Notes: generated from the sequence alone by a model not told the origin. A DNA stretch of 64,000 nucleotides from Candidatus Latescibacterota bacterium (GCA_965204725.1 OZ242005.1:3232001-3296000), one strand, 5' to 3'. Positions 49,921 through 59,106 are shown, numbered from the stretch's first letter. Made by a program: numbers and translations.

Positions 49921-51150
49921 TCACGCCGACGCCTCTCTGACCCGCTGAGCGGCCAGCATCCTGAACGGCACGACGCTGATGCAGGTTATGGCAACGCCTA
50001 AAAGAAAAAGCTGCGTATAGCCCATGCTGAGGGCTAGCCGCCCTCCACCAAAGGCGGTGATCGCGTAGCCCATCAAGGCGGTGGTCGTCGTCACCGCCGA
50101 CATCGTCGCCCTCCAGCGCGGTCCGACCAACTCTTGGTGAAAGACGGTAAACGCAGGCATGCGAACCGCGGTCAACGCGATGACGCTGATATACCCTAGG
50201 CCAGCGGTCTCCCAACGGGGAATAAGGGCCATTGGCAGCAGAGCCAAGGCAATGCCGAGCGTGGTGTACGTAAAGACCTGGACGTGACTTGTTTTCGCCA
50301 GCGCGTACGGCGCGACTAGGGCTGCGGGGACGGAGAGCAGTTGCGCCAGCCCGATCAGCCAGCCGATGGAGGGCGGAGCGATCCCGAGTTCCGCGTCTAG
50401 ATACACGTTGAAAAAGGTGCGGGCCACAGCGACCCCCGGAGCGGCGAGCAAGCTGATCAGGCCAATCGCCATTAACGGCGCGGCCGGTCGCGTCCCGTTT
50501 TCGCCCTCCGCAGCCGCAGCCGACTGTTCTTGGCCGCTATCCCCCGCGGTTGAGCCGAACAGCACGAGCGACGGAGCTAGGACGAGCGAGGCCACGAGCA
50601 GACTACACTGGTAGGGGACGAGCCCGCCACAATCGGTTAGCCGGGCGAAAACCTGCGGCAGTGCTCCCCCTAGGACGCTGCCGGCAAAGCCGAAAAGCGG
50701 CCAGACCGCCCCGCGCAAGGAGAATACGAGCGAGCGGTTGTCGGCGGCCGTGGCCGACATCAGAAAGGGGCTGCTATTAACCATATAGGTAGCAAAGCCA
50801 CAGTTGATGACCACTTGTACCGCGGCGATCCACCCCGTGCGTAGCGGGCCGAAAAAGAACCCAGCCAACGACATGAGCAGATACCCCACGACCATGAGTG
50901 TCATACCCCCCACCAGAGTTCGCCGGTATCCAGCCCGGTGCGCCCAGTTGCTGGCTATCGGGCTGAAAAGGGCGAAGCTCAGCAAGCCGATGGCGTTGAA
51001 GCGACCGACTAGATCGACGCCATAGTCCATCCTCAGCAGATAGAGATTGAATAGGACGCTGTAGATGCCAAACGCCGAAAACCCGATCAGGGCGGCGCAA
51101 GCCATATATAGCTTGACATCCCTCTCAAAGCGGGCGAGGAAATGCCTCAT
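49921..51150 (-). CDS. MFS transporter
   Basis: About 12 hydrophobic segments and a degenerate motif A (HRAGYRR). Start uncertain (51150-51210). Confidence 0.85.
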   Translation of the reverse strand: MRHFLARFERDVKLYMACAALIGFSAFGIYSVLFNLYLLRMDYGVDLVGRFNAIGLLSFALFSPIASNWAHRAGYRRTLVGGMTLMVVGYLLMSLAGFFFGPLRTGWIAAVQVVINCGFATYMVNSSPFLMSATAADNRSLVFSLRGAVWPLFGFAGSVLGGALPQVFARLTDCGGLVPYQCSLLVASLVLAPSLVLFGSTAGDSGQEQSAAAAEGENGTRPAAPLMAIGLISLLAAPGVAVARTFFNVYLDAELGIAPPSIGWLIGLAQLLSVPAALVAPYALAKTSHVQVFTYTTLGIALALLPMALIPRWETAGLGYISVIALTAVRMPAFTVFHQELVGPRWRATMSAVTTTTALMGYAITAFGGGRLALSMGYTQLFLLGVAITCISVVPFRMLAAQRVREASA

Positions 51151-51385
51151 ATCTGGCGTCGTGCGATACATATACAGGGAGACGAGCGAGTGCGGCGTAC
51201 GTTTGTACAAAAATCAGAACGGGCCTGTTGGAGCGAAATCAATGGCCAAAGTGGGGTGATAAGGCTGTTGTGACGCAAGGGACCGTAGTTGTTTGTCCCG
51301 GTCTAAGTACGCGACACCCATGTATTGTTATATTTAAGTGCCGTTACGCAGTACGCCGCCTAGGCGCATCCGACCTACTTTGACT

Positions 51386-52717
51386 ATGGACAAAAAAATC
51401 GCCACCTCCGGCTGGGGGCTGTACCCGTGCGTCGCCGCCTCGGTTCAGCGCGTGCGCTACTTGAGCGACCTGTGCCGTGCGGCTGCGGACCCGATTTTGC
51501 CCCAAGGCAATTGCCGGTCCTACGGCGATGGCTGCCTATACGAGCGCGTCGTCTCCACCCTGCCCCTCAAGCACCTGCTTGACTTCGATCGGTCGTGCGG
51601 GCTGTTGTACGCCCAAGCCGGCATTACGCTCGCCGAGATCATCCGCTTTGCCCTGCCCCGGGGCTTTTTCCTGCCCGTTACGCCGGGGACCAAATTCCCC
51701 ACGCTCGGCGGCTGCATTGCCGCAGATGTCCACGGCAAAAACCACCACGCCGAGGGGTCCATTGCCGCTTTTGTCGAGTCGCTGGACATGGTGTTGGCCG
51801 ATGGCTCGACCGTGCGCTGCTCGCGCAGCCAGCGCGCCGATTTGTTTTGGGCCACGCTCGGCGGCATGGGCTTGACGGGATTTATCTACGCGGCGACGCT
51901 GCGGCTAAAAAAGGTGCTGTCGGCGTACATCCGGCAGCGCGCCATTAAGACCGCGAATTGGGCCGAGACGTGCCGCGTTTGCCTAGAGACTCAGCAGCAG
52001 TACACCTATTCGGTCGCGTGGATCGACGGCCTGCAAACGGGCCGGCAGCTAGGCCGGGGTCGTGTGTTGTTGGGGGAACACGCTAGCGAGTGCGAGCTCA
52101 AGGGCAAGCCGCCCTTTCCCGTTCACGGCGATGGAGGCTGGGCCGTGCCGTTCTTTTTGCCCGGCCGCGTGCTCAATGCCCAAGTGCTAAAGGCGTTTAA
52201 CGCCCTCTACTATCATCGCCAAGTGCGCCGTGCGACCGACGCGCTCATCCACTACGACCCGTATTTCTATCCGCTCGACGCCGTCCGCGGCTGGAACCGC
52301 CTATACGGCCGCCGGGGCTTTTTGCAGTACCAAGTCGCCGTGCCATACCCCGACAGCGCGGAGATGATCGCCGATCTGCTCGGGCGCATTGCTCGCCAAG
52401 GCATGGCTTCGCCCTTGGCCGTGTTCAAGTCCTTTGGGCCGCCGAGCGATGGCCTGCTTTCTTTCCCCCTAGCGGGCCATACCCTCTCGCTAGACATCCC
52501 CTTGCGCGACGCTGGGACTATTCCCTTCTTGCGCGCCCTAAACAAAACAGTCGTCGAGGCCAAAGGTCGCGTCTATCTGGCCAAGGACGCCATTTTGGAA
52601 AAGGAGGATTTCGCCGCCATGTATCCGCAACTCGAACAATTCAAAGCGGTCAAGCGCAAATACGACCCCGAGCACCGCTTCCGCTCCTGTCTATCCGACC
52701 GCTTGGGGATCACGTGA
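51386..52717 (+). CDS. FAD-binding oxidoreductase, decaprenylphosphoryl-beta-D-ribose oxidase (DprE1)-like
   Basis: RSYGD, PVTPGTK, DVHGKNHH, GGMGLTG, YSVAWID, FYPLD, GFLQYQ and GRVYLAKD. Confidence 0.88.
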   Translation: MDKKIATSGWGLYPCVAASVQRVRYLSDLCRAAADPILPQGNCRSYGDGCLYERVVSTLPLKHLLDFDRSCGLLYAQAGITLAEIIRFALPRGFFLPVTPGTKFPTLGGCIAADVHGKNHHAEGSIAAFVESLDMVLADGSTVRCSRSQRADLFWATLGGMGLTGFIYAATLRLKKVLSAYIRQRAIKTANWAETCRVCLETQQQYTYSVAWIDGLQTGRQLGRGRVLLGEHASECELKGKPPFPVHGDGGWAVPFFLPGRVLNAQVLKAFNALYYHRQVRRATDALIHYDPYFYPLDAVRGWNRLYGRRGFLQYQVAVPYPDSAEMIADLLGRIARQGMASPLAVFKSFGPPSDGLLSFPLAGHTLSLDIPLRDAGTIPFLRALNKTVVEAKGRVYLAKDAILEKEDFAAMYPQLEQFKAVKRKYDPEHRFRSCLSDRLGIT

Positions 52718-53439
52718 GAGCACTGGTTTTAGGGGCCAAATCGGCCATTGCCCAAGCCATCGTCGAGCACCTCGATGGCTATGACTTCGCGCTGGCCGCT
52801 CGCCGGTGTAGCGAGTTGGAGCCTTTTGCCGCGGACTTGCGGCTCAAACGCTCGTGCCGCGTAGAGCTGATCGAGTTTGACGCCTTGGACTTTGCGGCTT
52901 TGGCGCGCTTGCCGCAGCAGGTTCACGAGCGCGGCGGTCCCTTCGACTTGGTCGTCCTCGCCTTCGGCTATTTTGGCGACGAGCCGCACGATACAGACGA
53001 GATCCTCCGCATCCTCAACACCAACCTCACCGGCGCGGCCCTCGCCCTCGCGCACTTGGCCACCTATCTGAAAGAAAAGGGTACGCCGGCCGGCATCATC
53101 GCCATCTCGTCCGTATCCGGCGACCGGGGCCGCCAAGGCAATTACGTCTATGGGGCTGCTAAGGGAGGGCTTTCGATCTTCTTGCAAGGGCTGCGCAATC
53201 GGCTGGCTAAGACGCCGGTACACGTCCTGACCGTCAAGCCCGGGTTCGTCGCTACGCCGATGACCGAGGGGCGGCTAGACGGGCTTTTGGGGGTCGCTAC
53301 GCCAGACCGAGTGGCCGCCGACATCGTGCGCGCCTATCGGCAAAAGAAGGATGTGCTCTACACGCCGTTTTTTTGGCGCTGGATCATGCTCGCGGTCAGG
53401 AGCATCCCCGAGCGCATTTTTAAGAGGCTGAAATTGTGA
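52714..53439 (+). CDS. Short-chain dehydrogenase, DprE2-like
   Basis: LGAKSAIA, SSVSGDRGR..NYVYGAAK and VKPGFV.T.MT. GTGA overlap with the DprE1-like gene. Confidence 0.85.
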   Translation: MRALVLGAKSAIAQAIVEHLDGYDFALAARRCSELEPFAADLRLKRSCRVELIEFDALDFAALARLPQQVHERGGPFDLVVLAFGYFGDEPHDTDEILRILNTNLTGAALALAHLATYLKEKGTPAGIIAISSVSGDRGRQGNYVYGAAKGGLSIFLQGLRNRLAKTPVHVLTVKPGFVATPMTEGRLDGLLGVATPDRVAADIVRAYRQKKDVLYTPFFWRWIMLAVRSIPERIFKRLKL

Positions 53440-53494
53440 TGGCTCCCGAAAGGATAGACCCGCCTCGCCAAGCGGCGAAAAAGGAGACATACCC

Positions 53495-54673
53495 ATGATT
53501 CATACTACGATGTGGACCTATCCTTGGGACGTGATTGACGAGGGAGTGGACCGCGTCCTCGGCTTCCTCAAGGAAGAGGTCGGGCTGGATGCGATCAGCC
53601 TATCTACGGTCTATCACACCTACGACGCGCTCCGCACCCACGTACCCGGCAAAAAGCTCTTTTCTGGGTACGAGGACGCCATCTACTTCCAGCCCCAGAG
53701 CGAGCTGTACCAAGGCACTAAGCTCAAGCCGCACGTGCATCCCATGGCCAAGGACCAAGATCCCGTGCGGATCATCGCCGAGGCCTGCCGGGCGCACGGT
53801 TTGGAGCTGATTTCGTGGACCGTGCCCCTCCACAATCACTACATGGCTAGGCGGCATCCAGACTGCGCCCTGCTCGGTGTGTTCGGGGATCGCTATCCGG
53901 GTTGCCTGTGCCCGGCCAATCCCGAGGTGCGGGAGTACGTCCGCGGCTTGAGCTTGGACTTGGCCACCAACCACGATGTGCAGATGATCGAGTACGAATC
54001 CCTCCACTACATGGGCTTTGGCATGTTCCGCAACCACGCCAAAGTGGGGGTCCAGCTAGGAGCGGTCGGCTCCCTGTTGATGTCGCTGTGCTTTTGCACT
54101 GGGTGCATGCAGCGGGCCGAGGGCCGGGGCATGGACGTGGGGGAATTGAAGGGGAGGGTGGAAAAATGGCTCTTGGACCTCTTTGAGGAGGGGCCGCCGG
54201 AGCGCAGCGTGGAAGAGTTCGTCGCCGCCGAGCCGCTGCTGCGCGAGTACGTAACGATGCGGGCGGAGACTGTGACGTCGCTGGTCACCCAAATGAAAGA
54301 GGCCGTGAAAATCCCCGTTTCTTTTTTGTATATGGGCAACTATTACAACAACGGCATCGAGCGCACGTCCATCGAAAAGATCGTCGATCGGGTCAATGTC
54401 CTGTGCTACAGTGGCTCGCCGGAGGAGGCCAGCCAAACGGCGCAGGAGACCCTAGCCGGCATGGCCGATCCCGCTAGGTTGATCTGCGGCCTGAACGGCC
54501 ACCAACCCATAGATAGGGCCGAGCAGATGCGAGCGATCCTCACTGCGGTTTACAAAACCGGGGCGCGTCGGTTCTCGTATTACAATTACGGTATGATTTC
54601 CCGGCGCAATCTCAGGTGGATTGCCGAGGCCATTGCTGCGGTGCGCGTCCTCGACGCCGACGAGAAGGGGTGA
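53495..54673 (+). CDS. Hypothetical TIM-barrel protein, glycoside-hydrolase-like (GHL10-type)
   Basis: W.YPWD, YH, LHN, LCPANPEVREY, LCFC..C and YNYG motifs. AAGGAG RBS. Confidence 0.6.
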   Translation: MIHTTMWTYPWDVIDEGVDRVLGFLKEEVGLDAISLSTVYHTYDALRTHVPGKKLFSGYEDAIYFQPQSELYQGTKLKPHVHPMAKDQDPVRIIAEACRAHGLELISWTVPLHNHYMARRHPDCALLGVFGDRYPGCLCPANPEVREYVRGLSLDLATNHDVQMIEYESLHYMGFGMFRNHAKVGVQLGAVGSLLMSLCFCTGCMQRAEGRGMDVGELKGRVEKWLLDLFEEGPPERSVEEFVAAEPLLREYVTMRAETVTSLVTQMKEAVKIPVSFLYMGNYYNNGIERTSIEKIVDRVNVLCYSGSPEEASQTAQETLAGMADPARLICGLNGHQPIDRAEQMRAILTAVYKTGARRFSYYNYGMISRRNLRWIAEAIAAVRVLDADEKG

Positions 54674-54675
54674 AT

Positions 54676-54703
54676 TTGCAAAATAGAAATCCATTTCTAT
54701 TTT
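54676..54703 (+). promoter_or_regulatory. Promoter with overlapping perfect palindrome (operator candidate)
   Basis: AAAATAGAAAT-CC-ATTTCTATTTT (54680-54703) overlaps TTGCAA-16-TATTTT. The ATG is 7 nt downstream with no RBS. Confidence 0.7.
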
Positions 54704-54710
54704 ACCAGAC

Positions 54711-55853
54711 ATGATTTCTAGATTGCTAAAAAGGCAAATCAACGCTCAACTCGCGCACTATCCGGCCGTGGCCCTGAGCGGGGCGCGCCAGACGGGTAAG
54801 ACGACCTTAGCGAAAGCATTCGCGGGCCATTATTTCGATCTAGAAAATCCCCAAGACCAACTGCGTCTCGAAGTCACTTGGGAAGAGCTGATGGAAACGC
54901 AGGAGTTGGTCATCCTCGATGAAATCCAGGCCATGCCCGAACTCTTTCCGCGCTTGCGCGCAGCCATCGACGCGGACCGCAAGCGCTGTGGTCGCTTCCT
55001 GATGCTCGGCTCGGTTGCGCCCGCCCTGATGCAGCGGGCCGGTCAGGCACTCACCGGCCGCCTAGCCCTGTGCCAACTCACCGGTTTTTTGGCTCTGGAA
55101 CGGCCCGCTCAAGAGTGGGATAGCCTCTGGCAAAGGGGTGGTTATCCCGACGGCGGTATTCTCGACGCCAGCCGCTTCCCCGACTGGCAGCAAAACTACC
55201 TCGCGCTCATGGCCCAGCGCGACCTTCCCTCTTGGGGCCTGCCCGCCCAGCCCGTGCTCATTCAGCGGCTCTTCCGCATGTTGGCCGCGCTGCACGGCCA
55301 GATGTGGAATGCTTCCCAACTGGGCAAGAGCTTGGGATTGAGTTACCACACCGTCAATACATACGCCGACTTCCTAGAGCAGGCGTTCTTGATCCGGCGG
55401 CTGCCCGCCTATACGTCGAACCTGCACAAACGCTTGGTCAAGCGCCCCAAGCTCTACTGGCGCGATACCGGACTCTTGCATTCCTTGCTCGGTCTCGAGC
55501 GCACGAGCGACGTATTTGACCAGCCGTGGGTTGGAACGAGTTGGGAAGGGTGGGTGATTGAGCAGTTGTTAGGCCACCTCGAAAGCACCGGCCGCGTTTT
55601 TGAGGCGTTCTATATGCGGACCAGCGACCAGCGGGAGATCGACCTCGTGCTGGAGTATCGCGGCCAGCGCTGGGCCTTTGAGATCAAGCTGAGCAGTACC
55701 CCAGACGCGGCTTTTCTGCGGCGGCTGCAAGACCATGCCACGCTCGTCGGCGCCGACCGGGTCGCCCTAATCAGCCGCACGGCCGAGCCGGTCTGCGGGA
55801 AAGCGGTCGCCTCGCTCAATCTGGCCGCGGCCCTCGATTGGCTCATGGGCTGA
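54711..55853 (+). CDS. AAA_14 ATPase + DUF4143 (PD-(D/E)XK-like) protein, COG1373 type
   Basis: GARQTGKT, ILDEIQ, LGS, LTGR, GGYP, KRLVKRPK.Y.RDTG and EID...FEIK. Confidence 0.9.
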   Translation: MISRLLKRQINAQLAHYPAVALSGARQTGKTTLAKAFAGHYFDLENPQDQLRLEVTWEELMETQELVILDEIQAMPELFPRLRAAIDADRKRCGRFLMLGSVAPALMQRAGQALTGRLALCQLTGFLALERPAQEWDSLWQRGGYPDGGILDASRFPDWQQNYLALMAQRDLPSWGLPAQPVLIQRLFRMLAALHGQMWNASQLGKSLGLSYHTVNTYADFLEQAFLIRRLPAYTSNLHKRLVKRPKLYWRDTGLLHSLLGLERTSDVFDQPWVGTSWEGWVIEQLLGHLESTGRVFEAFYMRTSDQREIDLVLEYRGQRWAFEIKLSSTPDAAFLRRLQDHATLVGADRVALISRTAEPVCGKAVASLNLAAALDWLMG

Positions 55854-55864
55854 GTAGCAAAAGA

Positions 55865-55898
55865 AAAGCTCCGCCGAACCATGTTCGACGGAGCCTTT
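55865..55898. terminator. Bidirectional intrinsic terminator between convergent genes
   Basis: A-tract, GCTCCG-C-CGAAC-CAT-GTTCG-A-CGGAGC, then CTTT. Confidence 0.7.
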
Positions 55899-55927
55899 GC
55901 ACAAGCGGCTTTTACGCGGTGGGCGTA

Positions 55928-56248
55928 TCAGGCACCCGGGGGCCGGTAGGGCACGCTTTTCCCGATGGCCTCGTCTATGGTTTCCGGCGTGACCAGTACG
56001 GTGACGCTAATGTCGAGCGCGCCCGCGTTGCCGATGACCAAGGACACGGCGGCGGCCGTTGCGTCGTCGGGAAGGTCGGCAATTATATAGAGGTCTGGGG
56101 CCCCGAAGGCGTAGTAAAGCGATTCTACACTGCCACCCATTCCCTCAATGGTCTGGGTTAGGGCCGCCCGTCGCTGCGTACCGCCTTCCTTCAGCAAACC
56201 GGCGAGCCCGGCCTGCGTGTACGTTGCGCGAAACATGTATTTGCTCAT
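55928..56248 (-). CDS. GYD-domain protein
   Basis: YT..GL.GL..EG...R, GG.VES.YYAFG..D and YRPPG. AAGGAGG RBS. Confidence 0.88.
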   Translation of the reverse strand: MSKYMFRATYTQAGLAGLLKEGGTQRRAALTQTIEGMGGSVESLYYAFGAPDLYIIADLPDDATAAAVSLVIGNAGALDISVTVLVTPETIDEAIGKSVPYRPPGA

Positions 56249-56386
56249 CGGATTCCCTCCTTTTATCCAAAGATGGATTGCAACATAAGCAGCATTGGAA
56301 CCTCGGTCAAACCGCAATGACGACCCCACCTGAGCCGGGCCGGCTGTCTGCGGTCGTCTGCCTTGCGCTCGCAGGCGGTGAATTTT

Positions 56387-56452
56387 TGACCAAACTAGGT
56401 ATATGTCGTAAAATAGTCATGACCGTTTTACGACATATACCTAGTTTGGTCA
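56387..56452. repeat. 66-bp near-perfect palindrome containing a sigma70 promoter
   Basis: TGACCAAACTAGGTATATGTCGTAAAA-TA-GTCATGAC-CG-TTTTACGACATATACCTAGTTTGGTCA. TTGACC(56386)-17-TAAAAT lies on the left arm. Confidence 0.95.
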
Positions 56453-56456
56453 GTGT

Positions 56457-57662
56457 ATGAGACGCCTGTACGAACACCTCATCCAAACGCATTTCGCCGA
56501 AAACCGACAGATGCTGTTCCTCATGGGGCCGCGCCAAGTCGGCAAAACGACTAGCGCTCGTCGCGGGGCGATCCACTGCGGCGAGGCCGTCTATCTCAAC
56601 TGGGACAACGGTGACGACCGCCAGCGCATTCTCGCCGGACCAGCCGCCATTGCCCAAGCACTGGGTCTGGACCGGCTGCGCGAAAATCGCCCTGTCTGCA
56701 CCTTAGACGAGCTGCATAAGTTTGGGCGTTGGAAAGGGCTGCTCAAAGGGCTTTTTGATACGTACAGCGATCAAGCCCGTTTTATCGTCACGGGCAGTGC
56801 GCGTCTCGATGTCTTTAAGGCCGGCGGGGACAGTCTGATGGGGCGCTACTTAGGCTATCGCATGCACCCGCTGTCCGTGGCCGAATTGCTCGCCCCCGAG
56901 GCCGACGCCCTCGTCCGGCCCCCGTCCCCTCTCAGCACTGGGGCCTTTGCAGACCTACTCCAGTTCGGCGGGTATCCCGAACCCCTGCTCAGAGCCGATA
57001 CGCGCTTTTGGCGTCGCTGGAGCGGCACGCGCGTCCAGCAACTATTCAAGGAGGACATGCGGAGCCTGACGCAGGTGCGCGAACTAGGGCAGGTGGAGAC
57101 GCTGGCCGAATTGATCCGGCAACAGTGCGGCCAACTCACCAGCTATGCCAGCCTCGCCCGCGCCCTCAGTGCCTCAGTGGATAGCGTCCGGCGCTGGATC
57201 GGGATCCTCGAATCCCTCTACTTTTGCTATGCGGTCCGGCCCTGGTACGTCAATGTGGCTCGCTCCCTACGCAAGGAGCCTAAGTACTACCTGTGGGACT
57301 GGTCGCAGGCACCGGACGACGGCGCCCGCGCCGAGAATCTGGTGGCCAGCGCGCTCCTCAAAGCCGTGCATCTATGGAGCGACCGCGGCGAAGGGGATTT
57401 CGGCCTGTTCTTTTTGCGCGACAAGCAACAACGCGAAGTGGATTTCGTCGTCGTCCGCGACGGGTGGCCTTGGTTCCTAGTCGAAGTCAAGTCCTCCGGC
57501 AGCACCGCCCTTTCCCCGGCCCTGCACCTATTCCAACGCCAGACGGGGGCGCAGCACGCTTTCCAAGTCGCGCTGGACTTGCCCTATGTCGAGCGCGACT
57601 GTTTTGACCACCACCAACCCATTATCGTCCCCGCGCAGACCTTGCTCTCGCAACTGGTCTGA
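56457..57662 (+). CDS. AAA_14 ATPase + DUF4143 (PD-(D/E)XK-like) protein, COG1373 type
   Basis: GPRQVGKT, LDELHK, VTGS, DSLMGR, GGYPEP, KEPKYYL.D and EVDF...LVEVK. Confidence 0.9.
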   Translation: MRRLYEHLIQTHFAENRQMLFLMGPRQVGKTTSARRGAIHCGEAVYLNWDNGDDRQRILAGPAAIAQALGLDRLRENRPVCTLDELHKFGRWKGLLKGLFDTYSDQARFIVTGSARLDVFKAGGDSLMGRYLGYRMHPLSVAELLAPEADALVRPPSPLSTGAFADLLQFGGYPEPLLRADTRFWRRWSGTRVQQLFKEDMRSLTQVRELGQVETLAELIRQQCGQLTSYASLARALSASVDSVRRWIGILESLYFCYAVRPWYVNVARSLRKEPKYYLWDWSQAPDDGARAENLVASALLKAVHLWSDRGEGDFGLFFLRDKQQREVDFVVVRDGWPWFLVEVKSSGSTALSPALHLFQRQTGAQHAFQVALDLPYVERDCFDHHQPIIVPAQTLLSQLV

Positions 57663-57674
57663 CGCGCCGAGCGA

Positions 57675-57752
57675 TCAGGGTTCCCACAGGCGGATTCCCG
57701 GCACGTTGCCAAAGTGGTTGTCAAAAGTGATCAGAACTGAGCCGGTTTCAAT
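57675..57752 (-). pseudogene. vapC: C-terminal remnant of a VapC/PIN toxin
   Basis: Translates IETGSVLITFDNHFGNVPGIRLWEP*, with the PIN C-terminal L.T.D.HF..V.G motif. It has an in-frame stop just upstream and no start codon. Confidence 0.8.
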
Positions 57753-57972
57753 CTACTTGGCGGCGAGTCAAGGCGTCGAATGCCGTCCGTTCCTCGGTGC
57801 TCCACACGCCGCATTGATCCAAAAAATCAGCGCGATGATTCGTCGGCTGTAGTCCGAAGGCCTCCTTCAGCACGCCGTTTATAGTCTTGTTTAGACTTTT
57901 TCCCTCGGCGGCGGCTTTCTTGCGTATGAGTTGGGCCAAGGCATCGTCCATGTGGATAGTCAGAGATTCCAT
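57748..57972 (-). CDS. Ribbon-helix-helix antitoxin (VapB/FitA-like), C-terminus probably clipped
   Basis: LTIH.DD.L...IR.KA..EG.SLN and G.WS.EE...FD. GAGGT RBS; abuts the PIN remnant. Confidence 0.8.
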   Translation of the reverse strand: MESLTIHMDDALAQLIRKKAAAEGKSLNKTINGVLKEAFGLQPTNHRADFLDQCGVWSTEERTAFDALTRRQVD

Positions 57973-58168
57973 AGTTACCTCATTCAAATTTATGGTTCAT
58001 AATAAATCAGAAATATAGTTCAAAATGCACGGAGCTTCCATCATTCTAAGGCCAGCTAAGGCGAGCGTCCCCGAGTCGAGTTGAAAGTGCCTTGAGAAGG
58101 CAATACATTTTTATATTGGTTAATTCGGGAGTAGAGCCAGCCCACCAGCAGAGAAAGGAGCGTACATA

Positions 58169-59104
58169 ATGCGCGTGCTGATCACCGGCGGCGCGGGTTT
58201 CTTGGGGTCGCACCTGAGCGACCTCCTGCTGAGGGAAGGCTGCGAAATTATATGTATGGACAACTTCCTCACGGGCCGGCCCGAAAACATCGCCCATCTG
58301 CTCAGCCATCCGCGATTCCAGTTTATTCAATACGATGTCACCAACTACATCCACGTAGATGGGCCGCTCGACTTTATCCTACATCTCGCCAGCCCAGCGA
58401 GCCCGGCCGACTTTGAGCGGCTGGGCATCAACATCCTCAAAGTCGGGGCGTTGGGTACGCACAAGACCTTGGGGTTGGCCGTGGCCAAGCAGGCCAAGTT
58501 CCTGCTGGCCTCCACCTCAGAGGTCTATGGCGACCCCTTGGTACATCCCCAGTCGGAGGAATACCTCGGCAACGTCAACCCCATTGGCATCCGCGGCGTG
58601 TACGACGAGGCCAAGCGCTTTGCCGAGGCCATGGCCATGGCATACCACCGCCAGCACGGCACGGATGTGCGCATCGTGCGGATATTCAATACCTATGGCG
58701 AGCGCATGCGCCAAGACGACGGCCGGGCCGTGCCCAACTTCATCATCCAAGCCCTCAAGGGCGACGATCTGACGGTCTATGGCGACGGCCAGCAAACGCG
58801 CAGCATCTGCTATTGCAGCGATCTGATCGCCGGCCTCTACAAGCTCATGCGGTCCGAGGTGGTAACGCCCGTCAACCTCGGCAATCCCTGCGAAATCACC
58901 ATCCTCGACTTGGCCCGCAAGATCATCGCCATGACCGGGGCCAAGAGCCGCATCGCCTTCCGCGATTTACCGCAGGACGACCCCCGGGTCCGCCTGCCCG
59001 ATATTGCCAAGGCCCACTCCCTGCTCGGCTGGACGCCCCGCGTGGGGCCGGACGAAGGGCTGGGCCGGACAATTGCATGGTTCGAGCGAGAATTGGAGAA
59101 ATAA
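58169..59104 (+). CDS. UDP-glucuronic acid decarboxylase (UDP-xylose synthase) family SDR
   Basis: [41 protein letters not shown] and DDP..R.PDI. AAGGAG RBS; TTGAAA-17-TACATT at 58081-58109. Confidence 0.92.
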   Translation: MRVLITGGAGFLGSHLSDLLLREGCEIICMDNFLTGRPENIAHLLSHPRFQFIQYDVTNYIHVDGPLDFILHLASPASPADFERLGINILKVGALGTHKTLGLAVAKQAKFLLASTSEVYGDPLVHPQSEEYLGNVNPIGIRGVYDEAKRFAEAMAMAYHRQHGTDVRIVRIFNTYGERMRQDDGRAVPNFIIQALKGDDLTVYGDGQQTRSICYCSDLIAGLYKLMRSEVVTPVNLGNPCEITILDLARKIIAMTGAKSRIAFRDLPQDDPRVRLPDIAKAHSLLGWTPRVGPDEGLGRTIAWFERELEK

Positions 59105-59106
59105 CT

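Noticed and set aside
56387-56452. Palindrome as a MITE/IS end or protelomerase (telRL) site
   Set aside because: No transposase, protelomerase or target-site duplication is visible. It is kept only as an unexplained promoter-containing palindrome.
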